From NCBI GenBank assembly GCA_001785865.1, contig MFUZ01000003.1:15048-79047 (forward strand): a DNA stretch of 64,000 nucleotides, written 5' to 3'. This DNA is from Candidatus Nomurabacteria bacterium RIFCSPLOWO2_01_FULL_41_18. Lineage in GTDB: Bacteria; Patescibacteriota; Minisyncoccia; Phycocordibacterales; UBA9973. Both the position numbers and the translations under genes were made by a program. Shown piece by piece: positions 44,938 to 55,306 of this stretch (its first letter is position 1; each line of letters opens with the position of its first letter). A model generated the notes under the pieces. That model saw only the letters and a program-made list of their open reading frames with translations, made no database searches and was not told the DNA's origin.

Positions 44938-45710
44938 AACAAAAAGCGTGGATCAAAAACTTTCTTAAAAAATATTTTCCACCAGCACACGCTTTTTCAG
45001 TGCGCTGTTCGTTGGTTCTCCGGGCATTTTTGAGATATGGGTTGGATTGCAACCCGTTGCGTCTTTTTTGGATTGTTGAGCCTTATACTATGGTAGGGCA
45101 TGCGCGACTTTTTAATGCATACGATCTGAGTCAACGTTGCCAAAAAGAGCATATTGAAGGGGCGTTTGTTGAATGCGGAGTTTGGCGAGGAGGATGTGCG
45201 GCTATAATGGCTGCTGTCGCAACTCGTCATGGTGCAAGGCGGAAAACATGGCTCTTTGACTCGTTTGAAGGATTACCGCACCCAACAGAAAAAGACGGCG
45301 AAAAAGCCGCATTATATGCCAAGCAAAATGTGACTGGGGAACTGGCGTCCATTAAGATAAATGTAGGACCCCTTCAGGATGTTGAGAGGCTGTTATTCAA
45401 GATTCTCAAACTTCCACGAGAGTCTGTTTATGCAGTGAAAGGGTGGTTTCAAGAGACACTGCCCCAAAAGAAAGATCAGATTGGACCTATTGCGATACTT
45501 CGCATGGATGGCGACTGGTACGAATCAACAAAGTGTATTTTAGATAATCTTTACGACAGTGTAATACCAGGCGGATATATTATAGTGGATGATTACGGAA
45601 GCTGGGAGGGGTGTAAAAAGGCAGTTGATGACTTTTTCCGCGCCAGGATGCAGCCTGAAATTGACTTTAAAATGATTGATCTTGCGGGTCTTTATTTCCA
45701 AAAACCATGA
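44934..45710 (+). CDS. TylF/MycF/NovP-type sugar O-methyltransferase
   Basis: VECGVWRGG, FDSFEGLP, GWF.ETL, LRMDGDWYEST, DDY. Confidence 0.93.
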   Translation: MKQKAWIKNFLKKYFPPAHAFSVRCSLVLRAFLRYGLDCNPLRLFWIVEPYTMVGHARLFNAYDLSQRCQKEHIEGAFVECGVWRGGCAAIMAAVATRHGARRKTWLFDSFEGLPHPTEKDGEKAALYAKQNVTGELASIKINVGPLQDVERLLFKILKLPRESVYAVKGWFQETLPQKKDQIGPIAILRMDGDWYESTKCILDNLYDSVIPGGYIIVDDYGSWEGCKKAVDDFFRARMQPEIDFKMIDLAGLYFQKP

Positions 45711-45717
45711 CGAGACT

Positions 45718-46518
45718 ATGTATTTAAAAATAAAAAAATTCCTTAAAAAGCGTATCAAAACCGGCGGGCTTCTATGGCATTTGTTGGTGTTTCCCCAAAG
45801 GTTTCAACGTCATAGGTTTAGAATTTTCAAAGGGTATTGGGAGGCGCGCGAAACAAAAGAAATGATAGCTCCTTTGAAGACGCGAGAATTTCTAAAAGAA
45901 CATGTTTCTATAGTTATTCAAAGTGCCGGTCGGGGTGAATATTTAAAAAGGACTATTGAAGCTCTACGAAAATATTTTGACTACGACCCAACGAAAACCC
46001 ACTGGCTCATTATTGACGACTATCCGGATTCAAAAGAAACGAGGGATTATATTAAAAGTTTAGATTTTTTTGAAAAAGTGATCTTGAACGAGAAGAACCG
46101 CGGAATCGGCTACTCAATTAACAGGATTTTCGCTGGAGTTCACACTGAATTTATTTTTTATTGCCAAGAGGATTTTGAAATTCTCCAGTCCGTGCCAATA
46201 CAGCGGATGATTGATATTCTTCGGGGGAATTCGCATTTAAGCCAGCTTATGATCAAGGGGACCAAGGAATATGTTGGAGCGTTGCAGACAGACAGGGGTT
46301 ACTTTGAATATTATAGAATGTTCGGATTTTGGCCGTATCTTGCGTCCATGAATTTTTTGCGCGAGCATCTTCCTTTTCCTTTTTATTTTACGGCTCCCGA
46401 GTTTACATTTCGACTGCATAAAAAAGGATGGAGTACTGCTGGCGTTTTAGGAAACAAAAACGATTCCCCCTTGGTAAGGCACATAGGAGAAGAACGAAAA
46501 GTATTTGTGGTAAAATAG
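45718..46518 (+). CDS. GT2-like glycosyltransferase
   Basis: SIVI...GR...L.RT, IIDD, N.GI...IN, QEDF, HIG. Confidence 0.8.
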   Translation: MYLKIKKFLKKRIKTGGLLWHLLVFPQRFQRHRFRIFKGYWEARETKEMIAPLKTREFLKEHVSIVIQSAGRGEYLKRTIEALRKYFDYDPTKTHWLIIDDYPDSKETRDYIKSLDFFEKVILNEKNRGIGYSINRIFAGVHTEFIFYCQEDFEILQSVPIQRMIDILRGNSHLSQLMIKGTKEYVGALQTDRGYFEYYRMFGFWPYLASMNFLREHLPFPFYFTAPEFTFRLHKKGWSTAGVLGNKNDSPLVRHIGEERKVFVVK

Positions 46519-46545
46519 TATTTATGGTAAAATAGCATTACACAT

Positions 46546-47466
46546 ATGAATTATCACGATCTCCTCACATTAGATGACAAAGCTTACAAAGAGTTTAGTT
46601 ATTACATAGAACAATCCAGGGGAATTCTCACTCATCTCGTTCGCCTAGGCCGGTATAAATGGAGATATATTTTTCATGCACTTTTACGCCTAGGATTTAC
46701 GCCGAGGTTTATTATAAAAAGTCAAAAAACATTTTGGGGCAAGGATTTATATATGCGTATTTTAGACCAGCAGTTTGGGCCATTGCTGTTGTTTGGCACA
46801 TTGATTATAGAGGAACACAGCCTAACAAGATTTTTAATTAAAAGAATAAAATCGGATGATGTATTTTATGATGTTGGGGCAAACTATGGATTTTACACTC
46901 TTCTCGGAAATGAGCTCGCAGGAGAAATTCATTCTTTTGAGCCTCTGCCCTCGGTTTTTTTATGCCTTGAAAAAAGTATAAAGGGAATGAGCGCTAATTG
47001 CTATTTGAATAATATTGCTTTGAGTGATACTGCAGGAAAAATAAATTTTTACGATACCAGTAAAAAACACAGGGGGACGGCGGCAAGCTCTATGATGAAA
47101 AAAGTTGCAGAGGAACGTCTCAAGAATTACAATACAATCTCTGTTTCTTCAACAACGCTGGATGACTATGTTAGTAATCACAAACCCCCTACGATCATTA
47201 AAATAGATGTAGAGGGAGCAGAGGAGTTAGTGGTTCGAGGTGCAATGGAGACATTCTCAAAACATAAACCACTTATTATAATGGAAATATGGGGGAAGGA
47301 AAGATTGTATGGAGATTCCGCGCATTTTAAAGCCGTGCGCATGCTTTTAGGGCTTGGGTATAAAGCACATCACTTAGATGAGGATGGGGAGATTCATTAT
47401 CTTAATGAAGATTCTCTCGGTCGGCACATGGCTAAATTGAAACGTGATAACATAGTTTTCTCTTAA
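46546..47466 (+). CDS. FkbM-family methyltransferase
   Basis: DVGANYGFY, FEP, IKIDVEGAE. Confidence 0.92.
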   Translation: MNYHDLLTLDDKAYKEFSYYIEQSRGILTHLVRLGRYKWRYIFHALLRLGFTPRFIIKSQKTFWGKDLYMRILDQQFGPLLLFGTLIIEEHSLTRFLIKRIKSDDVFYDVGANYGFYTLLGNELAGEIHSFEPLPSVFLCLEKSIKGMSANCYLNNIALSDTAGKINFYDTSKKHRGTAASSMMKKVAEERLKNYNTISVSSTTLDDYVSNHKPPTIIKIDVEGAEELVVRGAMETFSKHKPLIIMEIWGKERLYGDSAHFKAVRMLLGLGYKAHHLDEDGEIHYLNEDSLGRHMAKLKRDNIVFS

Positions 47467-47507
47467 ACTATCAGTATAAGTAGGTTTTATTTTAAAAACT
47501 ATAGAAC

Positions 47508-48275
47508 ATGAATCCTAGAAAATTATACACTTTTCTTGCGAGGTGCTACAAATTCGGAATTTTTTGGTGTATCAAAATGAGCACCACAAAATTATTGTCT
47601 CGACGGGATGAGTTCGGTATACGCATCCCCGGCTATAAACAAAAAATGTTTTTGAGAAAACATACTTCAGACGAAGATGCATTTGATCAGATTTTTGTTG
47701 CGCAAGATTACACCAATCCTTTTTTAGATGGTTTTTCTCCTAAAGTTATAATTGATGCCGGAGCCTATGTTGGATATAGCTCGGTTTATTTTGCCAATAA
47801 ATACTCAGATGCAAAAATTATAGCTATAGAACCCGAAGACTCTAATTTCGAGTTACTTCAAAAAAACACTCTAAACTATAATAATATTTATTGTATACAG
47901 GCGGCGTTGTGGGGCGAACCGGAAAAATTGAAAGTTGTTGAGGGTGATGCTGGAAGACATTGGGCGTTCAAAGTAGAAAAGCTTTCGGGTGATGGAAATG
48001 CGAATAGCAGGGCAGTGTCCGTAGTAACTATGCCACAGATTATAGCTACCTATAAATTGGAGACTATAGATATTTTAAAAATTGATATTGAGGGTGCGGA
48101 GAAGGAACTTTTTTCTAAGAACTATGAATCATGGATCTCGAAGTGTAAGATTATTGTCATTGAGTTGCACGATAGGTTTTTGCCTGGCTGCAGTAAGGTA
48201 TTTTATTCCGCTCTTTCTACTCTCCCGTTTAATCAGCATACTAAAAGAGAGAATATTTTTGTGGATTTAAGATAA
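47508..48275 (+). CDS. FkbM-family methyltransferase
   Basis: SD...F.QIF, DAGAYVG, IEP, LKIDIEGAE, IELHDR. Confidence 0.92.
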   Translation: MNPRKLYTFLARCYKFGIFWCIKMSTTKLLSRRDEFGIRIPGYKQKMFLRKHTSDEDAFDQIFVAQDYTNPFLDGFSPKVIIDAGAYVGYSSVYFANKYSDAKIIAIEPEDSNFELLQKNTLNYNNIYCIQAALWGEPEKLKVVEGDAGRHWAFKVEKLSGDGNANSRAVSVVTMPQIIATYKLETIDILKIDIEGAEKELFSKNYESWISKCKIIVIELHDRFLPGCSKVFYSALSTLPFNQHTKRENIFVDLR

Positions 48276-48288
48276 CTTAAGAAAATTT

Positions 48289-48879
48289 TTATACCCCTTC
48301 TTTAGTAAATTTATAAATTACCTGAGATTTATACGGCTCTGTGTGAGTGCATTGAAAGCCTGCATTCTCAAAGATCTTAATGAATTCCACTGAACTGTAA
48401 TAATTAACCCAGCCCATCACTCCTCGGTTACTTTTGTTCGTATCTGTTACTGCGTATGAGGCAATAATGGTATCGACGAAATGCGATAAATGTGATACTA
48501 CCTTTGGTACGTCATTAACATATTCAAAAACACCGCTGAGAACAGCAACGTCGTAAGATTTGAATTTCGGAAGTGGGTCATTATTTAGGTCGCAGACAAT
48601 CGTATCTTCCCCTCTGTGAACAAGGTCAGATGGAGTATAAGAGCAATTTGTGGGTAATAAGGTTTTCAAAACGAGTTTCCCCGCGCCAAATTCAATTACC
48701 GACGTTCCCGGCTCAATGAGTTTGGCCATTTGTTCGGTTCTTGTGTCCCAATCCTGACGTAAATTTTTATTGTTACTCCACTTTCGGTAATCGGATTTTC
48801 CAGTGGCTTTTCTTAAAGACGTATAAATCCCTCTTTTTAGCCAAACAATTTTCCTTAGCAGTGTTTTAATCCCACTCAT
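48289..48879 (-). CDS. Class I SAM-dependent methyltransferase-like
   Basis: VIEFGAG, CDLN, YD..VLSGVFEY. Confidence 0.75.
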   Translation of the reverse strand: MSGIKTLLRKIVWLKRGIYTSLRKATGKSDYRKWSNNKNLRQDWDTRTEQMAKLIEPGTSVIEFGAGKLVLKTLLPTNCSYTPSDLVHRGEDTIVCDLNNDPLPKFKSYDVAVLSGVFEYVNDVPKVVSHLSHFVDTIIASYAVTDTNKSNRGVMGWVNYYSSVEFIKIFENAGFQCTHTEPYKSQVIYKFTKEGV

Positions 48880-48899
48880 TATAATTTTATTGCTTCTGC

Positions 48900-49829
48900 T
48901 CAGTTATTTATAAAATTCTCGCACGTTTTCCGTAACGCTTCCTGTAATGGTGTAATATCGCGCGGATTAGGCAGGGGATTTTCCCAATTTATTTCATGAA
49001 TATTTTTCTTGAAGTCTTCTGTGGAGTAAGCCCTTAGGTAATCAAGAAGCCCGCCGAATCTCGGATCGTTTAAATCTTTATATACAAATATGACAGGCGT
49101 GCCAAACGCCAAGCAAGGAAGTGCGCAGTGGAGCCTTGAAGTTACCACAAGTTTTGCTCCAGCGTACGTTTTGAGCAGTTCACGAGCCTTCTTAAATTTA
49201 TCTCCTTCTTGGATCTTGTTTAGAAAAAACCATGAGAGTGTGTTAAGCCCTAATTTTCTTATAAAAGATTTCAAAGGGTGAGGGATAAGAGCAGATGCTT
49301 TTTTCGTATATTGAGAGTATCCCCAATGGTTGGTGTATATAGAGTGGTCTCGTATTTCTTTTGGCAATACTTTTTCAGCCTCTTTTTCAAGATCAGCGAT
49401 TACTATATTGTTGTGTTTGTCTACGGATGGCTTTTTGAGTGTCAAAGTCAGGCATCCTGAAAAGTATGCTTGCACTCCTTTATCTTCAAGTATTTTTTGC
49501 GTATGCGTGTCTCTACAGCCAATAGGTTCATGTTTCTTGAAGTAGTCTATTGATTTTGGTGAAGTAAAGTTTTCAACGGCGCACTGTGCAATATGGAACG
49601 AGAGGAACAGCGGGTCTATGATGTCCGATGGCGGCCAATTGTGCGGTTCATGGCTAAACCATCCATTCATGATAATTCTTATCTTGTTTTTGCTTTTTAC
49701 TTTGTTGAGGGTACCTGCATCAAGGCGTAGGTCAACGCGGGGAAGAAATTGTAATGTCGCCACGCTTTGTATTTCATTTCCCACATTTCCAGTTTTGTGG
49801 GATAATAATCCATATATGAATTTTTCCAT
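48900..49829 (-). CDS. Polysaccharide pyruvyltransferase family protein
   Basis: NVGNEIQS, IGCRD, SGCLT, TSRLHCALPCLAFGTP. Confidence 0.88.
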   Translation of the reverse strand: MEKFIYGLLSHKTGNVGNEIQSVATLQFLPRVDLRLDAGTLNKVKSKNKIRIIMNGWFSHEPHNWPPSDIIDPLFLSFHIAQCAVENFTSPKSIDYFKKHEPIGCRDTHTQKILEDKGVQAYFSGCLTLTLKKPSVDKHNNIVIADLEKEAEKVLPKEIRDHSIYTNHWGYSQYTKKASALIPHPLKSFIRKLGLNTLSWFFLNKIQEGDKFKKARELLKTYAGAKLVVTSRLHCALPCLAFGTPVIFVYKDLNDPRFGGLLDYLRAYSTEDFKKNIHEINWENPLPNPRDITPLQEALRKTCENFINN

Positions 49830-49915
49830 ATATTTTAACTATACACTTTTTTTTTCTAATGAAAAGCGAATAAAATAGTACAAATAGAGTTTTATGTATA
49901 TAATGACTTTATCAA

Positions 49916-50569
49916 ATGAAAGAAATAATTTATAAGGATTTTGGAGAAGCTAATCGCAAGTATGAACTCGATCGCATAGAGTATGAACTTGCTCTTGGTA
50001 TTATGGCTGGTAGGGAATTTGGCAATGATGTCCTTGATGTTGGAGCAGGTAAAGGTGAGTTTACTGATATGCTTTCAAAGCGTGGATACAGAGTAAATTG
50101 TGTCGAAGGGACAAAAAAGCTTTTTGAAGAACTTAAAGAAAAAGGATACAAGAGTGTGCTTGTTGATTTGGAGGAAGAAAAATTACCTTTTCCAGATAAT
50201 TCTTTTGATTTGGTTGTTTCTTTGGAGGTAATAGAACATCTGTGGAATACAGATCATTATTTAAGCGAGTTAAAGCGAGTGGTTAAACCAAATGGATATG
50301 TGATTATCACCACCCCGAATTATAATTACTGGAGTTTTCGTCTGCGCGCATTCTTTGGACAAGCAGAGAAGTTTTTAACGCAGGACTATCATAAAAAATT
50401 ATTTACAGCGCGTTCTCTCCCACAGAGATTAGCTCCATATTTTGAAATTTTGAAATTTAAAGGACGGGGAATGGTACCCAAAACACGAAAGCATTATGCT
50501 ACGCCATTTTTTCTTAATTTTTTTGCTATGCACATCGGAGTCTTATGCAGGCCCAAGAAAGACATATGA
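49916..50569 (+). CDS. Class I SAM-dependent methyltransferase
   Basis: LDVGAGKG, LPFPDNSFD, EVIEHL, TTPN. Confidence 0.92.
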   Translation: MKEIIYKDFGEANRKYELDRIEYELALGIMAGREFGNDVLDVGAGKGEFTDMLSKRGYRVNCVEGTKKLFEELKEKGYKSVLVDLEEEKLPFPDNSFDLVVSLEVIEHLWNTDHYLSELKRVVKPNGYVIITTPNYNYWSFRLRAFFGQAEKFLTQDYHKKLFTARSLPQRLAPYFEILKFKGRGMVPKTRKHYATPFFLNFFAMHIGVLCRPKKDI

Positions 50570-51606
50570 AATTTTTATTCATAGCTCCACGCTTTCATAA
50601 TAATCAGTATTATTGGGTGAAGAGTCTAACCGATCATAACCATGAGGTGCGGTTTTGGGTATGGAGAAAGGAGCCATTGGAAAATTATAGCGCGCTTACT
50701 CCGAGTCTTATCCCACGTTCTAGTTTTGGTTTGCCGAAAATACTTTCGTGTTACAGAGAAATGAAAGCACTAGACCCTGATATTGTTGTTGTGAGAGATC
50801 CCAGATCTTTTTTATTCGTATTTGTTTCTATGCTTATAGCACGAATGCAGAAACGAAAAGTTTTCATATACAGCCAAACACCACTATACCAAACAATGTC
50901 ATGGGTAAAAAAAATAACCGTAAGATTAATGCTTCGGTTTTTCGGTTCTCTTTGGATTACCCCAATTATTGGAGATATGAGATATCCCAAATTTCACCCA
51001 AGAGCTTTTTATGTGCCTTTTGCTATAGAGCCGCAAGCCCAAGAGAAATCTCCTGTCAGGAGGCCTATTAGAATTATCTCTGTGGGGAAGATTTATCAGG
51101 AAAGAAAAAACCACCTGCTTCTACTCGAAGCTTTTTATGACTCTTTGAAAAAGTCGGATATTCGTCTTACGATTATCGGCGCATTAAGTGGGAATAGTCC
51201 GGAGTATTTTAACAAAATGCGGGTTTATATTAAAAAGTATGACTTAGAGCAGACAGTGGAGATAAAGACTAATTTAGAGCATAACGAAGTGCTTAGAGAA
51301 TATGCAAAGCACGATCTTTTTGTTCTCCCTAGTTCCAACGAACCTCTCGCTTATTCTCCCTTAGAGGCTATGGGCGCGGGACTCCCTGTCATCTGTAGCG
51401 ATACGAATGGTTTTAGGTGGTATGTGAAAGATGGAGAGAATGGATATATTTTTAAGAGTGAAGATGTTTCCGATTTGAAAGACAAAGTGAGTTTGGCGAT
51501 TCCTCGTCTTCAGGAGATGAGTAAAAATAGTTTAAATTCTGTCAAACAGTTCTATACCCCAAAATCTTTTTACGAAAAATTTATGGAAGCAGTTCAGAGT
51601 GTATAA
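50566..51606 (+). CDS. GT4 glycosyltransferase
   Basis: RKN, DLFVLPS..EPL...PLEAMGAGLPVI.SD. Confidence 0.9.
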   Translation: MKFLFIAPRFHNNQYYWVKSLTDHNHEVRFWVWRKEPLENYSALTPSLIPRSSFGLPKILSCYREMKALDPDIVVVRDPRSFLFVFVSMLIARMQKRKVFIYSQTPLYQTMSWVKKITVRLMLRFFGSLWITPIIGDMRYPKFHPRAFYVPFAIEPQAQEKSPVRRPIRIISVGKIYQERKNHLLLLEAFYDSLKKSDIRLTIIGALSGNSPEYFNKMRVYIKKYDLEQTVEIKTNLEHNEVLREYAKHDLFVLPSSNEPLAYSPLEAMGAGLPVICSDTNGFRWYVKDGENGYIFKSEDVSDLKDKVSLAIPRLQEMSKNSLNSVKQFYTPKSFYEKFMEAVQSV

Positions 51607-52037
51607 CGAAGGCCCCAAAATGGGCGACTCTCTGCCTTGTCTTTAAATCCGCATTTTTCTATATAAAATCTGCGCGCTCCCTCTCTTCTCGTTGAAAGGT
51701 CAACACACCTTGCTCCTCTTTCTTGGGCATCTTTTAACATTTGTTCTGTAAGTTTTTTTCCGACTCCTTTGCCTCGCGCAGATTCATCAACCACAACATC
51801 CTCGATAGTCCATACTTCTCCCCCCAGTTTTTCATAAGAAGCAAGCTCCGATGTGCCAACTATTTCTCCGCCTATCGTTGCAATATACATACTTACGTTT
51901 GGGCTATTTACCACTCTTTGGAATTTTTCAAATTCTAGAGGCGGTATTTCGGGGTAGAGTTGTGTCAGCAGATTGCGGATTGCATTATATGTTTTTTCAT
52001 CTACTGCTTTTACTTTTTCTATACGTACCCTATTCAT
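51594..52037 (-). CDS. GNAT acetyltransferase (GNA1-like)
   Basis: IEDVVVDESARGKGVG, A..FY.KCGF. Confidence 0.9.
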   Translation of the reverse strand: MNRVRIEKVKAVDEKTYNAIRNLLTQLYPEIPPLEFEKFQRVVNSPNVSMYIATIGGEIVGTSELASYEKLGGEVWTIEDVVVDESARGKGVGKKLTEQMLKDAQERGARCVDLSTRREGARRFYIEKCGFKDKAESRPFWGLRYTL

Positions 52038-52081
52038 ATCTCAAGTATACATAAATCCAATAATTTGTTAAGATAGATGTT

Positions 52082-53080
52082 ATGGTAAATCAAGAGACAG
52101 TATTCATCACCGGAGGAGCAGGGTTTCTCGGGTCTTACATTGCGAGTAAACTTGTTGCGGAGGGATATAAGGTTGTTGTCTACGATGCATTTATTCGATA
52201 CTCAAACCCTTTTTTCGACTCTAAGTTTTTAGAAAGGCAATTTCAGAGCCGTTTTCAAGGTACTAAAGACAAAGTGATTTTTGTAAGGGGAGATACTTCT
52301 CACAAGTCATTTCTACAAAAATCTATTCTTGACCACAAGCCGTCTGTAATTATTCATTTGGCCGCTCTCCCAATAGCTGATATTGGAGACAAGAATCCGG
52401 ATGAAGCGATTTCGAGCATTATTGATGGCACAATTAATATTTTAAATATTATTAAAGATGTGAATTTTGTGCGACGTTTTGTCTATACTTCATCAAGTAT
52501 GGTTTATGGAGATTTTGAACATAATCCAGCTGATGAGGAGCACCCCAAAAAACCCAAGAGTATATATGGAGGTACAAAGCTTGCCGGTGAAGTTCTTACA
52601 GAGGCGTACGCAAGGAGGTATAGAATACCGTACACCATTATAAGACCATCTGCTATTTATGGCCCTGGTGATGTGAACCGTCGAGTTGTTCAGATTTTTT
52701 TGGAGAATGCTTTTGAAGATCGTCCGATTAAACTTCACAATGGGGGGACATCAAAGCTAGACTTTTCTTTTGTGGAAGATATTGCAGATGGTTTCATTCT
52801 CGCGGCTTTTCATCCTAAAGCCGAAAATCAAATATTCAATATTACAAGAGGTGAGGGTAGACAACTAAAAGAGGCTGTTGATATTATTCAAAATCTTATT
52901 GGGCACCCATTAAAAATTGAAATAACTTCACCGGACTTTCACCGACCGGAGCGAGGGGCACTAAGTATTGAAAAAGCAAAAAAACTTATCGGATATGATC
53001 CAAAATATTCACTTGAGCAAGGAGTAGAAAAATATTATCAGTTTTTTAAGCAATTTTATACGGATGATGCAAGAGAATAA
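52082..53080 (+). CDS. NAD-dependent epimerase/dehydratase
   Basis: TGGAGFLG, SSSMVYG, YGGTK, RP..IYGP. Confidence 0.92.
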   Translation: MVNQETVFITGGAGFLGSYIASKLVAEGYKVVVYDAFIRYSNPFFDSKFLERQFQSRFQGTKDKVIFVRGDTSHKSFLQKSILDHKPSVIIHLAALPIADIGDKNPDEAISSIIDGTINILNIIKDVNFVRRFVYTSSSMVYGDFEHNPADEEHPKKPKSIYGGTKLAGEVLTEAYARRYRIPYTIIRPSAIYGPGDVNRRVVQIFLENAFEDRPIKLHNGGTSKLDFSFVEDIADGFILAAFHPKAENQIFNITRGEGRQLKEAVDIIQNLIGHPLKIEITSPDFHRPERGALSIEKAKKLIGYDPKYSLEQGVEKYYQFFKQFYTDDARE

Positions 53081-54194
53081 TTCAAAAATGTCCTGCAAAG
53101 TTCCTCTTTGTAAGGCAGATATCGGAGAAGAGGAGTTGAACGCTGTTCGTGAGGTTCTAGCTTCGGGTTGGTTGACCCATGGGCCTAAAAACAAGGAGTT
53201 TGAAGAGGCGTTCGCGTCTTATATCGGCGTCAAACACGCGGTTTCTTTAAATTCTTGCACGGCAGCTCTGTTTTTGGCGCTAAAGGCGCACAACATTACA
53301 GGCGAAGTGATTTTGCCCAGTTTTACGTTTTCTGCTTCAGCCAATGCGGTTGTCACTGCCGGCGCTGTGCCCCGTTTTGCAGATATTGATGAAGAAACTT
53401 ATATGCTAGATCCAAAGAGCGTAGAGGCTCTTATCACGCCTAAGACCGAGGCTATTATGGTTGTGCATTTTGGAGGACAGGCGGGTCCGATCAAAGAGCT
53501 CAAAGAGCTTGCCGATAAACATAAACTTTTATTTATTGAAGATTCTGCAGAGGCTATAGGAGCAGAATACAAAGGCGAAAAAACCGGTTCTTTCGGTGTG
53601 GGGTGTTTTTCTTTTTTTCCCACGAAAAATATGACAACTGGTGAGGGTGGGATGCTAACCACTAATGACAAAAAAATTGCTGAAACAGTTGCGCTTCTTT
53701 CTGCGCATGGCATTCCAAAGTCGGTTAATCCACCGCATGTTGGATATCGTTCAGCGGTTATGCCTGGATATAATTTTCGTTTGAGTAATATTCTTGCTGC
53801 GCTTGGCACGGTTCAGCTAAAAAAATTGGATGCAATGAATGAAAAGAGAAGGGTTGCGGCCGCAAAGTATAATAATTTACTCTCTGCGATACCGGGGGTT
53901 GTTACGCCAGTTGAGAAACTAGGCAGAAAACATGTATACCAAATGTATACAGTGAGAGTTGCAAAAGAAAAAAGAAACAAATTTATACTGAAATTAAAAG
54001 ATGCAGGCATAGAAGTTTCGGTTCATTTCAACCCACCAGTGCATTTGCAAGACTATTACAAAGAAAAATATCCCACTAATTTGCCTGTTACCGAGAAAAT
54101 CGCTGAAGAGATTGTTACTCTACCGATGTACCCCGATATTAGAGAAGAGGACATAGCTTATGTGTGTGATATCATACGGGAAAATATCGCATGA
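53064..54194 (+). CDS. DegT/DnrJ/EryC1/StrS sugar aminotransferase
   Basis: NSCTAAL, EDSAEA, SFFPTKNMTTGEGG, GYNFRL; alternative start 53088. Confidence 0.94.
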   Translation: MMQENNSKMSCKVPLCKADIGEEELNAVREVLASGWLTHGPKNKEFEEAFASYIGVKHAVSLNSCTAALFLALKAHNITGEVILPSFTFSASANAVVTAGAVPRFADIDEETYMLDPKSVEALITPKTEAIMVVHFGGQAGPIKELKELADKHKLLFIEDSAEAIGAEYKGEKTGSFGVGCFSFFPTKNMTTGEGGMLTTNDKKIAETVALLSAHGIPKSVNPPHVGYRSAVMPGYNFRLSNILAALGTVQLKKLDAMNEKRRVAAAKYNNLLSAIPGVVTPVEKLGRKHVYQMYTVRVAKEKRNKFILKLKDAGIEVSVHFNPPVHLQDYYKEKYPTNLPVTEKIAEEIVTLPMYPDIREEDIAYVCDIIRENIA

Positions 54195-55306
54195 AAAAAA
54201 TAAAGTTATTTGTGTTTATTCCTTCTTTGAAAGGGGGAGGCGCCGAAAGAGTTTCATCTAAAATTGCTTCGCGCCTTGACCCAAAATTATTTGATACAAC
54301 TCTTGTTGTAGGCAAGAAAGAAGGAGAATATGTTTCTGCGCTTCCAGCTAATCTTGCGGTGCGCGATCTTGGCAAGGTCCACGTACGTGGCTGTATAGTT
54401 CCTCTCGCATTTCTTTTTCGGCGGGAGAAGCCGGATGCGGTAATTTCCTTTATGCATCACAGTAATATTGCGGTGCTTCTAGCTAAAGCTATAAGTATGA
54501 GCGATGTAAAAATAATAACCGCAGAGCGAAACGTTATGGAATATGTGTACGAGCATGTTCCTAAAATCGTTCTACCTTTTGTGCGTTTTTTGTACCGCCT
54601 ATCAGCGGCATCGCTAGGAGGTTCAAGGGGTTTACAGAAGAATGTTCAAGCATTTCTAAGAATTCCAGAGGATAAATTTCGCGTTATTTATAACCCTATT
54701 GATTTCGATTTTATTCAGAATAAAGCTAAAGAACTGACGCATCATCCGTGGTTGCAAGATAATTATCCACCAGTTGTTTTGGGCGTGGGCAGACTTGTTC
54801 CCCAAAAGGATTTTGCCACGCTTATTCAGGCGTTTGCGCGCGCCGAAAAGCCGGAAGGTACAAAGCTTATTATTTTAGGGCAGGGTCCGCTTCGCGATGA
54901 TTTACTTGGTTTAGTAAAAAAACTGGAAATTGCCAAGTATGTTGATTTGCCGGGATTCCAGAAAAATCCCTATTCATTTTTCGCAAATGCGGATGTGTTT
55001 GTTCTATCTTCGCTTTGGGAGGGATTTGGTAATGTAATTCCAGAAGCCTTTGCTCTCGGAGTGCCGGTGGTAAGCACTGATTGCAATTATGGCCCGAACG
55101 AAATTGTGCATAATGGAATAAACGGCTTGCTGGTCCCGCCGGGGGATATAGAGGCTATGGCTCGGGGCATAGAGCGGATGCTTCGCGATAGAGAATTTGC
55201 TCTGCGGTGTGGCGTAAACGCGAGAAAAGAATCAGAGAGCCTTTCGATAGAAAACATTGTAAAACAATATCAAGATTTTGTTAATTTTGTAATTAAAAGG
55301 AAATGA
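54191..55306 (+). CDS. GT4 glycosyltransferase (PglJ/WabH-like)
   Basis: GGGAER, GRL.PQK, SSLWEGFGNV..EA. Confidence 0.92.
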   Translation: MKKIKLFVFIPSLKGGGAERVSSKIASRLDPKLFDTTLVVGKKEGEYVSALPANLAVRDLGKVHVRGCIVPLAFLFRREKPDAVISFMHHSNIAVLLAKAISMSDVKIITAERNVMEYVYEHVPKIVLPFVRFLYRLSAASLGGSRGLQKNVQAFLRIPEDKFRVIYNPIDFDFIQNKAKELTHHPWLQDNYPPVVLGVGRLVPQKDFATLIQAFARAEKPEGTKLIILGQGPLRDDLLGLVKKLEIAKYVDLPGFQKNPYSFFANADVFVLSSLWEGFGNVIPEAFALGVPVVSTDCNYGPNEIVHNGINGLLVPPGDIEAMARGIERMLRDREFALRCGVNARKESESLSIENIVKQYQDFVNFVIKRK

